A DNA stretch of 64,000 bases from contig JAHLWZ010000496.1 in assembly GCA_020536535.1 (NCBI GenBank), positions 1 to 64,000 of the forward strand. The letters are read 5' to 3'. The DNA comes from Pelomyxa schiedti. Lineage: Eukaryota; Protista; Evosea. Positions 45,282 through 58,799 of the stretch are shown one piece after another. A program made the translations under genes and the position numbers. Numbering within the stretch: the first letter of the stretch is position 1; each line of letters starts with the position of its first letter. The notes beneath the pieces are model-generated. The model saw nothing but the letters and a program-made list of their open reading frames with translations. It ran no database searches and was not told the origin of the DNA.

Positions 45282-48200
45282 TTACAGTAAGAAAACGCAA
45301 AGCACTCCCCCAGTTTTAAAATCTTCCATGTGGTTCAACTCGTCTCGCTGGCCATTCCACTCCCCTTCTTGATTCATATGAGTCACATCATCGCCGGGCC
45401 ACATCTTTGGGCACGTCCTGCCACACTGGGGGCAATTCCATAGTTCACAAATTTCATTGTGGCAATACGTCCTAACATGACCAACACAGCTTGGAGTTCC
45501 AGGCAATTCCATTGGCTTCACCTCGGCAACGGCGCTTTCCAGGCCAGAATTTAGTAACAATACTATTATGTGTCATTAGTCCAAATATCAAGAAACGAAG
45601 CAGAGTCATAACGAGTCAGATCTAAGCACCCCTCATCTGTTGGATAAATAGGAGTGTCGGTGCACAAGACCTCATGGCTGCCCGCCTCCTCCTCACAAGG
45701 AGCAGCCTCACAGGCATCATCTGCAGCAACCATCTTCCATGCCACAACATTCTATTGCAACCTACATGTGCCAAAAAGTTAACCAACAAGCAAACACCAA
45801 AACTAGGAGAATTATTCTAGTCGCTGGTGTAACTTTTTTCCTGTATAGGTCTTGGTGACTTCCCATTATGCTGTTGTTTCTCCCATGAACCAACTCAAAG
45901 TCACCAATGCACCAATATTTGTTTCACCATCACCCAGGCCCAGGAATAAAGTAAAGTTCGGAGAATAACAGAACCCCCCTTAAGTCCACTATCGTACGTT
46001 CTTTAGCGGGTTCACACAGTGCCCGATTTTTTTGCATTGGCAGTTGTAGTGTGGCATCACTGTGTGGAGGATGCGTGGCATGAAATGCGGAACACTTCTT
46101 CACAGCACCGTTTTCCCGACCAATGGGAAAAACCTGCTTTGTTTTCATTCTCCTTAACAGTGAATTTCAGGGAAACCGAACAGAGAAGAGAATCATCATG
46201 ATGATTACGATGACGAGCAGCTGAATCTGATGAACCGGAACTCCAGGGAACTACTAGAGATGATTTTCTGAACGAAAGATGACCAAAATGATTTCTGCCA
46301 AACAACTTAATTTTGAAATCCTGCCGCTCCGTTGCGGGCGACTTGCGTTCGGACTTTTTGTACTTCTTGCCCTTCGTTCAGTGTTCCATTACTCCTGGAG
46401 TAGCCCCCTTGCACCCATCACCAAAACGAAAACCCCAGTCGGAAAATAAAAACCGGTTGTCCTGTTTCATGCGGGTCGAAGTTTGTGAAGTCGCTCATCC
46501 CAGTGGCACACTCACTGGGTGAAGCACCCCCTTCAAGTCTGTTGCAGTTGTTGTGGTTGAGCCTGATGCTGACGATGTTGCCGCTTCGGGTGACGTGGGA
46601 GCACAGGCCTTCAAGTACTTGAGTCCTGGTATCTCGGCCTTGAGCGACTCCGCCATGTCATGCATGCCCTGTTGTTGCCATCCCACTCGAGTGGTTCAAA
46701 TGAAACCGATTTCACTGTGAATGGAAACCAACTGTTCTCGGTAGCTAGTGAGATAGACTTTAGATCGCGGGATTAGAATGGCAAGAGATTCACCAAAGCT
46801 AAGCTTGACACCTTTGGCACCATTCCCCTGTGCAGACGCAGGGCTTGCCGGATCTGAGTGACAACCGCGGCGAATTCACGTTTGGTTGTTTCACAACAAC
46901 CTGTTTCATTGAATGCCGCCGTTGGGGTCTCTAAGTTTGTGAATAACGAAGAAGGAGGATAATAATAAATAACTTTGAATCATTCGGTTGGGTATTATGA
47001 GTTCACCCGTTAATGAAGGTCAGGAGGACGAGAACCTCTTGAGGGGGGATTCTGCACCTGCGTAGCATTTATAAGATCTCCGTTTCAACGAGATCACAAT
47101 GGTCGTTAAATTGGTTGAGAAATTGAGTGTTGAATAAACTATTGTTGCGTTTGAGTTATTTGGTCTTGTGAAGGAAGAGCTAAGTCGCTATTACGAGCGT
47201 CGTGTAGCGTACAACCAAGCTTCTGTACTTTTCTTTGACTTCATCAGGGGAAAAAAAAAAAAACCCACTGAAACGGAAAGGTGAGCAGGTAGGGGCGACA
47301 TAGCCTCGCTGGCTTCCACTCACCTCCGAAAAAAACACAAACATCGCCACCACGATCGGCACAACCCTGTTTTTGACGGATCGAAAGTGAATTGTGGGAA
47401 GTTATAAAAAAAACCCCGTTTTTTTTTTCGTTTTTCGTTCTAAACGGGTGGCCGGTTGCTGGTGGGAGGTGGTCCCTGTTGTTGTTCTTAAGTCAGCCTC
47501 AGTGTCCGTGTTCCTTTTTTTTTTTTTTTTTTTTTTTGGCACCTCCGAAAATATCTCTTGTACCCCCCTGTGCACTGGGTATCTGTTTTGGTGGGTGGTG
47601 CCTTCTTCTTTACTTCTCTCATTTTGTTTTCATTCTCACTTGAACCAGTGTGATTCCTTCACACAAAGCGTACCAAACTTATGTGATGCTTTCTAGTTCT
47701 TTTTGCAAGTATGGGGCATCCTTCTGGACACAGGGTTTTGCAGGTTCGAAAGTGAATTATTCTGTTTGCACGGATCATCGGTTGACTCTAAAATGGGTTG
47801 GGTGGGTACACCCTCCTTCCTTTATTCGTTCTGCCCAGTTGATATACATCGCAAGTAAGTCTTCCAAATTGGCATTGCCAGTTCAATGAACCCACTGCCG
47901 GTACCTGTGCATCTTGGCCAAATCGCGCCTCGTAGCCACCGCTGAGTTTGTCACATCATCATCCTGGAAGGGAAATGCGCAGTCACCCTGACTTCATGCT
48001 TAGGCTTCTTTTCCTCAGCCGACTGAATCTTACTTCTTCTTTGGGCAATCTTTTCTGACAAGTGCCCGATTTTTTTCCCATTGGCAGTTGTGGTGTAGCA
48101 TCAGCAGATAGAATGTTTTTTTTTTTTTTTTTGTGCAGCAAGTCAACTTCCGTCTTTCACTGACCCCAGGGGACGTTTCTTTTTTGGGTGAAACACGGTA

Positions 48201-48323
48201 CATGTTACACCATGGTGTTTGGACCCAAGATGTTCCTAAATTACACCATTGTGAGAATGGACCGTCCACGTCAACGTTGATTACTTCGCGGAAGGTCTTC
48301 TGATTTGGATCTCTGGGAAACAT
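45282..48323 (-). CDS. One or two hypothetical multi-exon genes (structure unresolved)
   Basis: Exon-like pieces bounded by AG/GT: EKIAQRRSKIQSAEEKKPKHEVR, DDDVTNSAVATRRDLAKMH, NANLEDLLAMYINWAERIKE, MAESLKAEIPGLKYLKAC and CVGHVRTYCHNEICELWNCPQCG. Confidence 0.3.
46013..46066. repeat. Stem-loop element, copy 1 (9-bp terminal stem)
   Basis: cacacagtg / cactgtgtg closes a core (46018-46059) that is ~39/43 identical to 48061-48103. Confidence 0.75.
48055..48104. repeat. Stem-loop element, copy 2
   Basis: Same core as copy 1, closed by a different and weaker stem, ctga(caag)tgc / gcatcag. Confidence 0.7.
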
Positions 48324-48617
48324 ACTCAGAGTGTGACTCAGCCTAGAACTACACCAGCCACCAACATAACAAAGGAGTTAAATAAAAAACCTTAACCTTG
48401 TATTCTTGTGTTTACATTGATGGGCGACAAGGGTACCAATCCCACACCATTACTGTCTGACAGAACCATCGGTTGCCACACCTCACTTGTTCTGTATGGT
48501 GGGACGGCAGTTCGCCTCCACCACAAACGCATTGTGCCCAGAGATGGCAAATTAGACGTGGTGGAGGATTGTGCACCACCAATTTGTGAAATAACCAATT
48601 TGGTTAATGGGATGTTA

Positions 48618-49606
48618 TTATAGTTCTTCCACTTCTTGTGGGGATGGAATTTCCCCACTGTTGGTGATTGTGAGAACTTTGGTAGTTTTCCCAGACTGTG
48701 AGCCAAGTGCCTCTATCTTGTTGACAATATCCATTCCCTCCAGGACTTCCCCAAAAACAACATGCCTGTGGTTTTAAGTTCATAACAAAGAATAATAGTA
48801 TTTAAAAAAGGGGGGAAAACTCACTTGCCATCTAACCAAGAGGTGACAACAGTGGTGATGAAGAACTGCGAAAAAGGCTGTTATTTCAGCTGTAAGACGA
48901 TGCAGTCATTATTACCTGTGAGCCATTGGAGTTGGGTCCAGAATTTGCCATGCTCAGGAGACCGGGTCTTGTGTGCTTCAACTAATAATCCATAAGTCTT
49001 AAGAAATTCCTGTTGTAAATAATACCTTGAAGTTTTCATCATTGAACTTCTTTCCATAGATAGATTCACCACCAGTCCCATCACCACGAGTGAAGTCACC
49101 ACCCTTATTAAAATATTGGTGTTGAAGTTAAGTTTCTCAACAATGGCACCTGGATCATAAACTTTGGAATCACTCTGTGGAATGTGCTTCCCTGGTAATG
49201 AAGTGGTTTACCACTGGCACCAATTCCCTTTCAGAAATGCAGAGTAAGTGGAAAACGCAAAGACTGTTGTAGACCGTGGGGAACTACCTTCTCTCCAGTG
49301 CATAAGGCTCGGAAGTTCTCTGCGGTCTTAGGAACAGTCTTTCCATACAAACCCATTACGATTCTGCCAAGAGGTTCATCCCCAGCCGACACATCAAAGA
49401 ACACCTTCCAAAGGCATTAAAAATAACATAAAACAAAACACCCCCAAAGACATTATACCAACCACAAAAAAAAAAAAAAAAAAAACATCCAAGTAACACG
49501 ACAACAAACGAACCTTGTGGGTAATGGCTGGTCCCTTCCCGGCTGATGTCACACCGGTGAAACAAACAACCACCGCAACTACGACAATCCCCAACACCGT
49601 CCGCAT
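48618..49606 (-). CDS. PPIB: Cyclophilin-type peptidyl-prolyl isomerase, ER type (cyclophilin B-like)
   Basis: Signal peptide [16 protein letters not shown]; [45 protein letters not shown]|[31 protein letters not shown]|FFITT..WLDGK|HVVFGEV; ends QEVEEL*. Confidence 0.96.
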
Positions 49607-49731
49607 CCCTGTGTTCTTTTGATTTTTTCCCCTCCCTTCTCGTCTTGATGGCTAAATAAAATAAAGGAAAAACACAGAATCAGATGCAGCTCTTAAAAAA
49701 AATGAAATAAATTAATGGGTGGTGGGGTTTT

Positions 49732-50980
49732 CTAGTAGTATGGAATGCAGGGGTAGGATGATATTCCGCAGTTGTCCTTCATGTTGGCGGCCATCCAGAT
49801 GTATCCAGCTTGCCCCCATGACTCTCCCCAGCTGTTTTTCACAATGTAGTAATCCTAAGGCTAATAAGAGCTGTGCCGAACCGCAGTTGGCAAACATACC
49901 ATGTTTGAGGTATCATCGTGTCCTAACCCAACAGCTAGAACCTGTTACTAGAGGTTAGGGTGCCGGAATGCATATTTTTTGGTTACCTCGTGGATGAGAT
50001 TCATGGGGTTACAGTTTGGCTCGTAATACACTCCAGTTGTGTAGTCCTTGAAACTCTAAATCCTGTTTAGATATTATCCCGGGACCCGTCTTATACCTCT
50101 TGGCTTGCATCGATTGCAACAGAGACTGGCCCAACATTTCCTATCGTTTTTTGAAGATCCTTTTCGTTGAACGGTGTTAAACAAGTGTATCCAGAAATGG
50201 TTGTAACGAAGTCTGTCGCTGTTGCACTAAAATTTCAATTAGACAGAGTTGGCGGGATGGATTACTCACTTGCAATCTTCCGCTTCTACGGCTGTATAAG
50301 GATAAGATTCCTCAGTTTCAAGGCCACCAGTCTCCATTATGTACTGAAAGGCCAAATCATATGCACCACCTAGGACCAATTGAGTTTTTGTTTGTTGTTT
50401 GTTGAGTGTATGGACTACCATCGCAGCCTGCATTGTATCCATTGTGAGAGCAGTCCAAGAGTTGTTGCTCAGAGAGAGAGATAGGGGTGCTCTGTGTAGC
50501 AATGGCTCTTGCTGATTCAACGGCTCTTAAATATGATTAAGCTTCGAGCATAACTTTTTTGGGGAAAAACCCTGTTGTTGCAAACGTCCAACAACTTCCG
50601 CAGCTTCCTTGATTCTTGACTGGAGTGACATAGCCACCAGTTCGCCAGTCCACTGGCACCACTTCTTGCGGTGCTTCTACAGCGCGGGAGCGTGCCACTT
50701 GGTGGCTTATTTTGAGTGGTGAGGAGCTCAAGTGGGTGCTGGCAAATTCTTCGTGTGTAAGGTCGCTGAAAGCATTCAAACCCATTGAAAAGCTCATATG
50801 CTTTGCGTTGTGCTCTTCTATCCTTGCAACATTCGCATTAAACACGGTTCTGCGGAGTTCTCTCTCCTCTTCTGAGGCGTATGCTTTGTTGTACTTCTGT
50901 GCCCAAGCATCGAAATTGTGCTCAATCGCCTCTGCGCAAACAAGGGCAGCCAATAACGCGCCAATCAGTACCCCCTTCAT
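49732..50980 (-). CDS. Papain-family (cathepsin L-like) cysteine protease with I29 prodomain
   Basis: Signal peptide; ERFNIN-like [20 protein letters not shown]; [13 protein letters not shown]; [24 protein letters not shown]; LSEQQLLDC; NLIHE|VLAVG; [13 protein letters not shown]. Confidence 0.94.
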
Positions 50981-51355
50981 TTCCTTTTCTTTTTGTTTGG
51001 GTTTGATGAAGTGCAAAACGACAATAAAAAGAAAAAAATGTTGGGGCTGTGGGGGCCCAAGAGTGGGGTTGACAACTTACTTGATTTTACGTTGGTTACG
51101 CATCTAGCTATTCAACGTTCTGATGATGACACCAACATCAACGTCCCCCTGAGATCTCTCACTGCTTCTCGCGGGATAAGTGCAGTAGCCATCTGCTCTG
51201 TTTGAGTTCTACAGTGATTTTTTTTTGACATGAGAGAACGAGGAGTATGTCAAAGTTTGGCATATTGCCCCGGCTCAGTGCACTCCCAATAAAAATGAAG
51301 AAATAAACAAAGATTGCCTCTGCCACACCGCCTTCGTCAACAAAAGAAAAAAAAA

Positions 51356-53330
51356 ATGCATGCAACAGACAAGGAAAGATCTATGGACGTTAGTGCTGAA
51401 GTGGGGGTGTCAAAGAGTGGTGCAGTAGCAGTATCATCTGACCAGTCAATCTCAATTCGAGATGGAAGCCTAAAACCAACGGCTTCATGGTCGGTTCTGA
51501 TATCAAAAATACGAGCAAATGTTATGGTTACCTCAAGTGAATTGATGCACTCCAAAGTTCTTACCTGCGAACTTGTTCTTCCATATTGACTGATTTCAGG
51601 CAAAATGCGGGGAAGCCGAAACTTTGTTAAATGATTTGGTGCAACAAAGTAGAACTGCTATTACAGAGTGTACTGAAACTTCTCCGAGCAATCTGCTTCC
51701 ATCCAGTTCGGGTCCACGCTCGGAAAAACAAGCTGACAAGGTAGTGAATTATACACTTTACCCACGGTTGACAAAAAGCAAGTCGCAACAAGACTTGGTT
51801 GTGTGCTTACAGCAAGAGAGGGATATGCTAAAATCGGAGCTAAAAACTACGAATGCTTTAATAGCATCTCAAACAAAGGAAATTGAAGAACTAAAAGTTA
51901 AAATCATCCAGTGTATCCCCCATAACAGTTCCTTCCAGGTTCGCCATATTGATACGATAATGACAAAGAAAAAAATCGAGTCTCAACTAGCTCTCGTTGG
52001 CGAAAAACTGCTCAAAATGGAGGGATTAGTTGAAGTTTTCCAAAAAAATTATTCCACAGTGACAAGTCACATAACCACTTTGACTCGTGCCTACAGTGAC
52101 CACAAACAACTAGGTAAACATGAACAGATCTTAAGACTGCTTTCTAATTGCTTTATCAGTAGGAAAATTGAAAAAGAAACACAACAACATTCTCAAACAT
52201 CTCGACATACAAAATAGTGAGTGTGAGGACATATGCCCTAAAAATTAATCAGTTTCAGAACTTTGCTGCAAATTACAGAGTGACATTGTCGAAGAACACA
52301 AAATGTGTAATCAAGCCAGAAATGAACTAAATGAACTTTTGTCAAAAATGGAAGAAACCACAAGAAACCACAGTCGACTTGCAACTCAACTCCAACAAGT
52401 ACGTGCACCATAAAGCATAAACCCACCTCCTTTAGGAAATAGCTTCTTCGGAAACTGTGCGAATGATCAATAGCCAAGTAGAACGTGATTATGAGGTTGC
52501 TATGGATCTATGTGAGAAAATGCAATCCGCTGCAGAGAATTCTTAATGACTTCCACTTTATTGTAGGATCTCTTGTCAAAGTACCAACGGGAGAAGGTTT
52601 CTTCAGCAAAATACGCAGGTTTATAAATATCAACTGAAAATGGGTTGACCTTTTTTCTGTAGAGCGACTTTCAGCCCTCGAGCAAGAAGCAGATAGTTTA
52701 CGGCAACAAAATTCCACATTGAAATTGCAGTATGATGAGGTAAGTTTCGGTCCTTTTAGTCCAATATCTAAGCCAAATTGATAGTGTGAGAAACTCTTGA
52801 AGGAAAAGAACCAATACGAATTGGGGAAAGCTACAACTTCCTCTCTCGCTTGGCAGCCAGACTGCCACGAAAAACTCGTAGTTAGTTACTCTGTAGTCGA
52901 AAACAATAATAACTTATTAAAGGGATGCCAACAGAGCTCAAAGCTGCAATTGGTGGAGATTCCTATTGAGCCTCATCCTGCAGTTCCTCTTCCAAGCGAC
53001 GCTGATTTTAAAGACGCCTGTTCAAAAGAAATCACCACCCCAACCACAGCACCACCCGCCAACAACTGGCAAATCACCAACCTGGATCCTTCTGTGCAAG
53101 TTCCTAATGCAAATGACCAACAGGGTATTGTAGATAATCCTCCCACTACCCAACATACAACCAGTGACGGCCCCACTAAGACCCCAATAACTACAAGCCC
53201 AGCATGCACGCCACAAATGGCCGTAGACAGCCCCACTCAAAACAACCCCCTATCATCAACACAGGACGAAGCCCAGACTGTGCTGTACTCCCCAGTCCCA
53301 AATGCCAACAAAAACACCCCTGAAGAATAG
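51356..53330 (+). CDS. Hypothetical coiled-coil protein
   Basis: ORFs 51314..51589, 51624..52217 and 52797..53330 show heptad-like composition (LQQERDMLKSELKTTNALIASQTKEIEEL) and a P/T-rich tail. Confidence 0.45.
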
Positions 53331-53516
53331 TCACTTTCACTCACCATTCGTAACAGATAAAAACAGCCGCAACTGCTGGTGACGTAATTGCCTATGTTGA
53401 TTTTTTTTCTGTTTTGAAAAGTGCCGGTTGTATGTGATGTTGTTCTCTAGGGTAGATACTGAAATAGCTTCATTGGAGTTTTAAGCCCCACTCAGATTTT
53501 TTCTTGCATAGCCAGT

Positions 53517-54267
53517 TTGTGCGCGGCACTTGCGATTTGTGCTGCAGTGATATCACTTGTTACTTTGCATTGGATGGTTCACGACCACAATAAAGATGCT
53601 GAAATGAGTCCCAAGGAATACGTATACTTTGCTTACATTCACATATTCAATGGGCTGGGATGGCTGAAGGAGTCTACTAGAACTGGTACAAGTAGTACAG
53701 CTTCTTCATGGTACATTCCCCCCGATATTGTTCCTTTTGTCTCATGAATTAATAAACAAGGGTAACTTTCATTGGTCTCTTGTGTGCCAAGGAATGTGTG
53801 GGTGGACATGAGTGCAAGAAGGTGCAACTAAGGGGAACAGGATACTACTCCTACGAAAGAGCCGGCAAGGTAAATCCTTAGATTCCACTAGCGTTTTCTA
53901 GAATTCTCACTCTAAACAACTACCCATTCACATAAACAAGGTGGCCTTTATACTCATTGTACTTGGTACTGTTTTTTTGCTTCCGGCATTTGTATACTTT
54001 GTACTGAATTCCTTCCGAAAGCGGCTGGAACGTTCCACAGTGCACCACTGCCTCCGCCTTCAAGCCCTCAGTGCAGCCGCGTTATTCTGCACAGCTTGGG
54101 GCTGCTGGGTTGTGATAGTGAGGCACTCTCAGGGATTCCACATTGGGTTCTCTTTCGTTCTGGCTGTGGCAGCAACTGCACTTTCCATACTGGCCTATAT
54201 CTTCTCTGTTCTTGTCAAAGAGGATCTTGACAACAACCACTATGCCGCACTCCAACAATCCTCCTAA
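53517..54267 (+). CDS. Four-TM claudin/amastin-like small membrane protein
   Basis: TM1 (LCAALAICAAVISLVTLHW), an extracellular loop with GLGW and a Cys pair (ECVGGHEC), then three hydrophobic helices in ORF 53941..54267. The first exon is not located. Confidence 0.55.
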
Positions 54268-54311
54268 AACAAAATAACTGTAGAGCTTTTCAAAATTTAT
54301 TGTTACAGTAG

Positions 54312-56974
54312 CTACAACAAAGAATTTTCATTTGTGTCACAAGGACTAGTTAAGTTGTACAACGGTTGTTTTTCCTTCAGAAGCTGATGCCTGCTTTTTC
54401 CCCTCCATTTGTATGTAAGGAACAGCACTACGCTAAGAGCCACAACCCCAGCAGTCACAACTAGGCCTACAATAACCACAATGATGATAATATCAGTGTT
54501 GTCGTAGTCGTCACTGTTCTCACCACTGATGTCGTCAGTACCAACTGTGATTGTTGCATAACTAGAAAAGGCCTGTGCTGGTTGTCCATTGCCCCAGTTG
54601 ATGACACAAGTGGCATTGATGAGGGCAACAGCACAACGGAAGATACTTGGGTCAAGGTATATACTGTTTCGGATTTAGACTGTAAAGATTCTGTGCTAAT
54701 ACAGACCTGAATTTGTTCTCAAGTGGTGACACAAGAAGCGAAGTTGCGTGAAAAAGCTCAGCCTCTGTTTCAACGTTGTGGTGCTCCAGGAGATTTCCCG
54801 ACCAGTCATACAAGAAAACGTAAGTTGTGCAGTCACAGTCCTCTTCGGGAATACCGGCGTAAGTAGTGCTGCGCTCATCAATGATGATTGCTGTTGTGCA
54901 AGGTTAAAAAAAACAAAAAAGTTCTCAGAGGGTAGCGCACTCTGGCCTGGTTGGAGATACACGGCAAAACTACCATCCTGATCATATGTCCTAATACTGA
55001 GAGTGGCGTTCTGTCCCTGATACATGCAACCCGGGATACCAATGATGATCTCCGCGGTGAAGGATTGGAAATCCTGAAGCACGTCATCGTCACAGGAGGG
55101 GTCTTCAGGGAGACACCCAACAAAAAATTCCAAGACGAAGTAGCCATAGATCTCGCAGTCGTCACTTTCTGGGTAGATTGTGAGTAGCACGGTTATTTCT
55201 GACCACGAGTGAAGAGCTTTCGTAATTGATGTCACTAAAAGGACGGCACCCAGTGTGTTGTCTGGCACTGAAAGTGGGATGGGATTCATTGATGTAATGC
55301 AGTACGGCGCATTTATCTGGGCAAGTAAATTGACATAGTCATTTTCGCCCATGGTTCCAGTACCACTCACAACCGCGCCGTACGCAGGTGGGTCGTAAAT
55401 AGTGACTTCAATATATTCAGTCTCTGTAGAAGACGGGAGATACATTTTCTAATCAGAGTCAGGAGGAAGGATATATTCAATGAGGAAATACTGAGGAGGC
55501 ACACATCATAGAAATAGGCATCAACCACCACGGTGAGGATTGTGTCAAAGAGGGTGCCAGAATACAGCGGCATTGTGTACTCTTCCACGGTTGTATCAAC
55601 ATCGTATCCATTTGCAGTGTTGAGCATTTGAGCACAGTTGACGCGGAAGAGATCGGCATCAAAGTCCCTTGCCGTAGTCTGCACACACCCATTTGTCTCA
55701 GATGAAGTCACGACCCAGCCATTGTGATTGTCAATCGAGTACTCACACATCGTGCCGTTCTGTCCATTCGGAAACATCAGCGACCCTAGCCCATAGTCGA
55801 CAACTGTGACTGTAATGAGGTTGTCGTGGGACTGGATGGTGATACTCCGTTCGAGAGCAGATAAGGTGCCATATTCCTCATATGTGCAGCTGGTAGTTAT
55901 TGCTGAACCAGAATACCTGAGGCGCGTCTCAGGTGGATGATCACCAACGAAGTTCTGCGTGCGAGAAATAGTTGCCTTCTTAGTGTTCTCCTCCAATTCC
56001 CAGTTGACGTCGCAAATGGCGTTGATTTGCACAAACTCCCCATTCGTTGCACTAAAGGCACTTGGGTCCAAATATATACTACCCAGTCGTTAAATTTTCC
56101 ATTATGTAGGCTGTTTTTAAGACATTCTTGCAAACCTGAATTTATTCTCAAGTGGGGAAAGAAGAAGAGATTTTGGGTGAAACAGTGCATCAGTTTCAAG
56201 GGTGTAGTTCCCAAGTAGAACACCAGACCAATCATAGACACACATCTCAGTGGTACAGGTGCAATTATTTGTTGGATTGCCTCCATCAGTGGTTATAACT
56301 TCCTCAATGATCACAGCTTTTGTGATGTAAGTACATTAAGATTTGGGAACAACGGCGTACTTTGGCCTGCCTCAAATGATGTGTCAACACCTCCGTTTTC
56401 ATCATATGTCCGTGCTGTGAGAGAGATTTCAACCGTTTCTGATGTTTGTGCAGCACCGTCAGGAATATAGAGATTCACATAGCCAACAAAGGAGGGGGAG
56501 GTTTGAATGTAATCCTCACAGTCGGGGTCATCTCCGATACACCCAAAGTAAAATTGAATTCCGTATGTGCCTGAAACATTGACACAGAAGTCTCTTGGCA
56601 GTATCGTGATAAGTGCAGTGATCCACGCAGTTGAGCAATTTGGGTTTACTGTAACTGCTGTGGTTAGAATAACTGCAGACTCCACACAGGCATTTGAAAT
56701 AAACACAGGGATTGGATTGACTCCTCGACAGTACAACGGCTGAGTCACAGCTGCAATGATATTTGCATAGTAAGTGGTACTAAGTAATCCAACATCACCA
56801 CTAGCACTTACGCCATACTCTGGCGAGAATTCAGCATAAGAACTGCGGGGAAGAACAGTCTAAAGAACAGTCAGAAGACGCCCAAAGATGTCTTTGTGGC
56901 CATACCGTGCACGCAAGAACACACAAGAAAATGGAAAACACAGAGCTTGGTTGCCTGCACAATTGGTGTGTCAT
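54312..56974 (-). CDS. Type I membrane protein with two copies of a Cys-containing extracellular module
   Basis: Signal-like SVFSIFLCVLACTVWP; repeated modules YCRGVNPIP..GIQFYFGCIGDDPDC and YCITSMNPIP..VLEFFVGCLPEDPSC; TM IIIIVVIVGLVVTAGVVALSVVLFLTY followed by KWRGK; TAG at 54314-54312. Confidence 0.65.
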
Positions 56975-58799
56975 CTGATGGAAAGAACGGTTAGATAATC
57001 GCGTGCCATCGTAAAGTGCTTTGTAACATTGTGCCTCATTTCTTGCCGGCAAGTGAATTGGCTTTTTTTGTTTGAGGTTCGGCTCTTAGAGGAACCAAAC
57101 CCGGACCTGACCACCTTTTTGGCAAAGTGGCTGGCAAGTTGGTTTTTGTTAAGCTGCACCCAACCCTGATCAAATTCCTCCCTCAACAATGGTGATGTGT
57201 ACTCCCGTGCTTTTCATACAAACAGGGTTGCACCGCTTCCATAGATTTCGCTGTCCCCACATTTGTGCGATCAAAAGATCGATAGAAAACGATCTCCACG
57301 CCAAAGGCCGTGGTGTCTGCCAAAGTTCAACGGTTTTTCTCCTCATACCGTATGTTGGATACATCACGATGGTTATCTTGCTATTCTGTTGCTTCCATTT
57401 CTTCTTGGCTCTATGTCTGTATCTCACGAAGTAAAAGAGGAAGAAAAAGATGTTTTTTTTTTCACCCCTGCTTGCACTGTAATGGGCAGTTTGTTAAGAT
57501 TGATACCAGAGGTTGCATCTGAGTGAGGCCAGGGAGTCGGGTGTCTATGTGGGGAGTCAAACCACACTACGAATGTGGAAAGAAAAAGAACCATGTTGCA
57601 AGTGCAGCGGTAATGGTCAAACTCGAATGTGAATTCACCATCTATTCAAGGGTCAGAGGTTCGTTGTTGAGGAATGAATCAGCTTTTACTGTGTCTGTTT
57701 GTTACCTTTGGCATATTTGGCATCTTGGTACAACTTGCGCCACGTGTCTTCTGAGAGTTCTTCTTCCATTGGCTGCATGTTTTTTTCATGTTAGAAGTAA
57801 TCTTGATTGTGGGTGCGATAGTGAGAATAACAAACCTCAGATATGACCACGTTGTAGGTGTTCTGTCCCAGGACCTCAGGTACACTCCACATGCAATACA
57901 TCGTGAGCTTCTTCGAATCACCACCCCCCATTATGTTGTATGACCTAATGAAATGACAAGTGAGAAAGAACAGAATAGGAAAACAGAACGCACATGACGC
58001 CGGCAGTCCCCTTCATGGCCAAGTGACGCTTGGAGAACAACATTGGAGCTCCTTTGTTGGTTGGGCATTCACCTGGAGGTTCCTCGAGAACTTTGCCCTG
58101 GTGCGTTTGAGTTTTGATAAAAACTGGTACGGAACGAGAACGGGGAGGCACACACCGATTGAATGTAGTAATCAGGATCGGCAAGAGTCTCTCGCAAGTA
58201 GTTGTTGATTCCTTGAGTGTGTTGGTTGGAATTGGTTGTGAGGTGAAAGAGGAATGGGAATGCCCACCAATAGCACAGCACCTCTTCTCCTTGCAATTAC
58301 TTGCCCATTCCTCAATCTTAGATTTGAGTTGGTCTCCTGCCTCCACTGTGTCTGCCATCTTGTGAACTGCTGCCGCGGACGATACGCTTTGCATTGTCTT
58401 GTGTAGTCTGTATATAGTACCAGTATTGTGTTGACGCCTTTGGTTGTTTTTTTGTTTGTTATGTCTGGAGATCCAGACATTTTTAAAGACCAGGTGCAGG
58501 GAACTACCGTCATAGATTGACCACTGACATGGCACTCAAGAAAAAATTAACCTGTCATTCTGCTTCGTGTGCCCGGACAACAGGTCAGAAAACATTTACA
58601 AATAAAGCTTACTTAGTAAGCTTGGTTAACCACCAGTCTCGAGGAAACCTGAGGGGGCAGCCAACAGACTCAACATGTGCCCGCGATCACAATGCACAAC
58701 GTCACACAAACACGCTTGAGCGTCCAGAAAAAAACCAATGAGTTCTGGTGCCTTGATGACAAAAACTACACAGGAGGAAATAAAAGGCCTGCTTCCACT

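Noticed and set aside
3860-50980. Non-canonical or minor-class (AT-AC) introns
   Set aside because: Every intron I could anchor by protein motifs (Pol X, ASM, USP, PGDH, cyclophilin, cysteine protease) is GT-AG.
57189-57434. SEC11 signal-peptidase-like tail (LIPYVGYITM)
   Set aside because: No upstream catalytic motifs (SGSMEP, HR, KGDNN) in any frame.
57679-57924. BIR-like CxxC..L..W motif
   Set aside because: The His and final Cys ligands are missing and there is no flanking BIR context.
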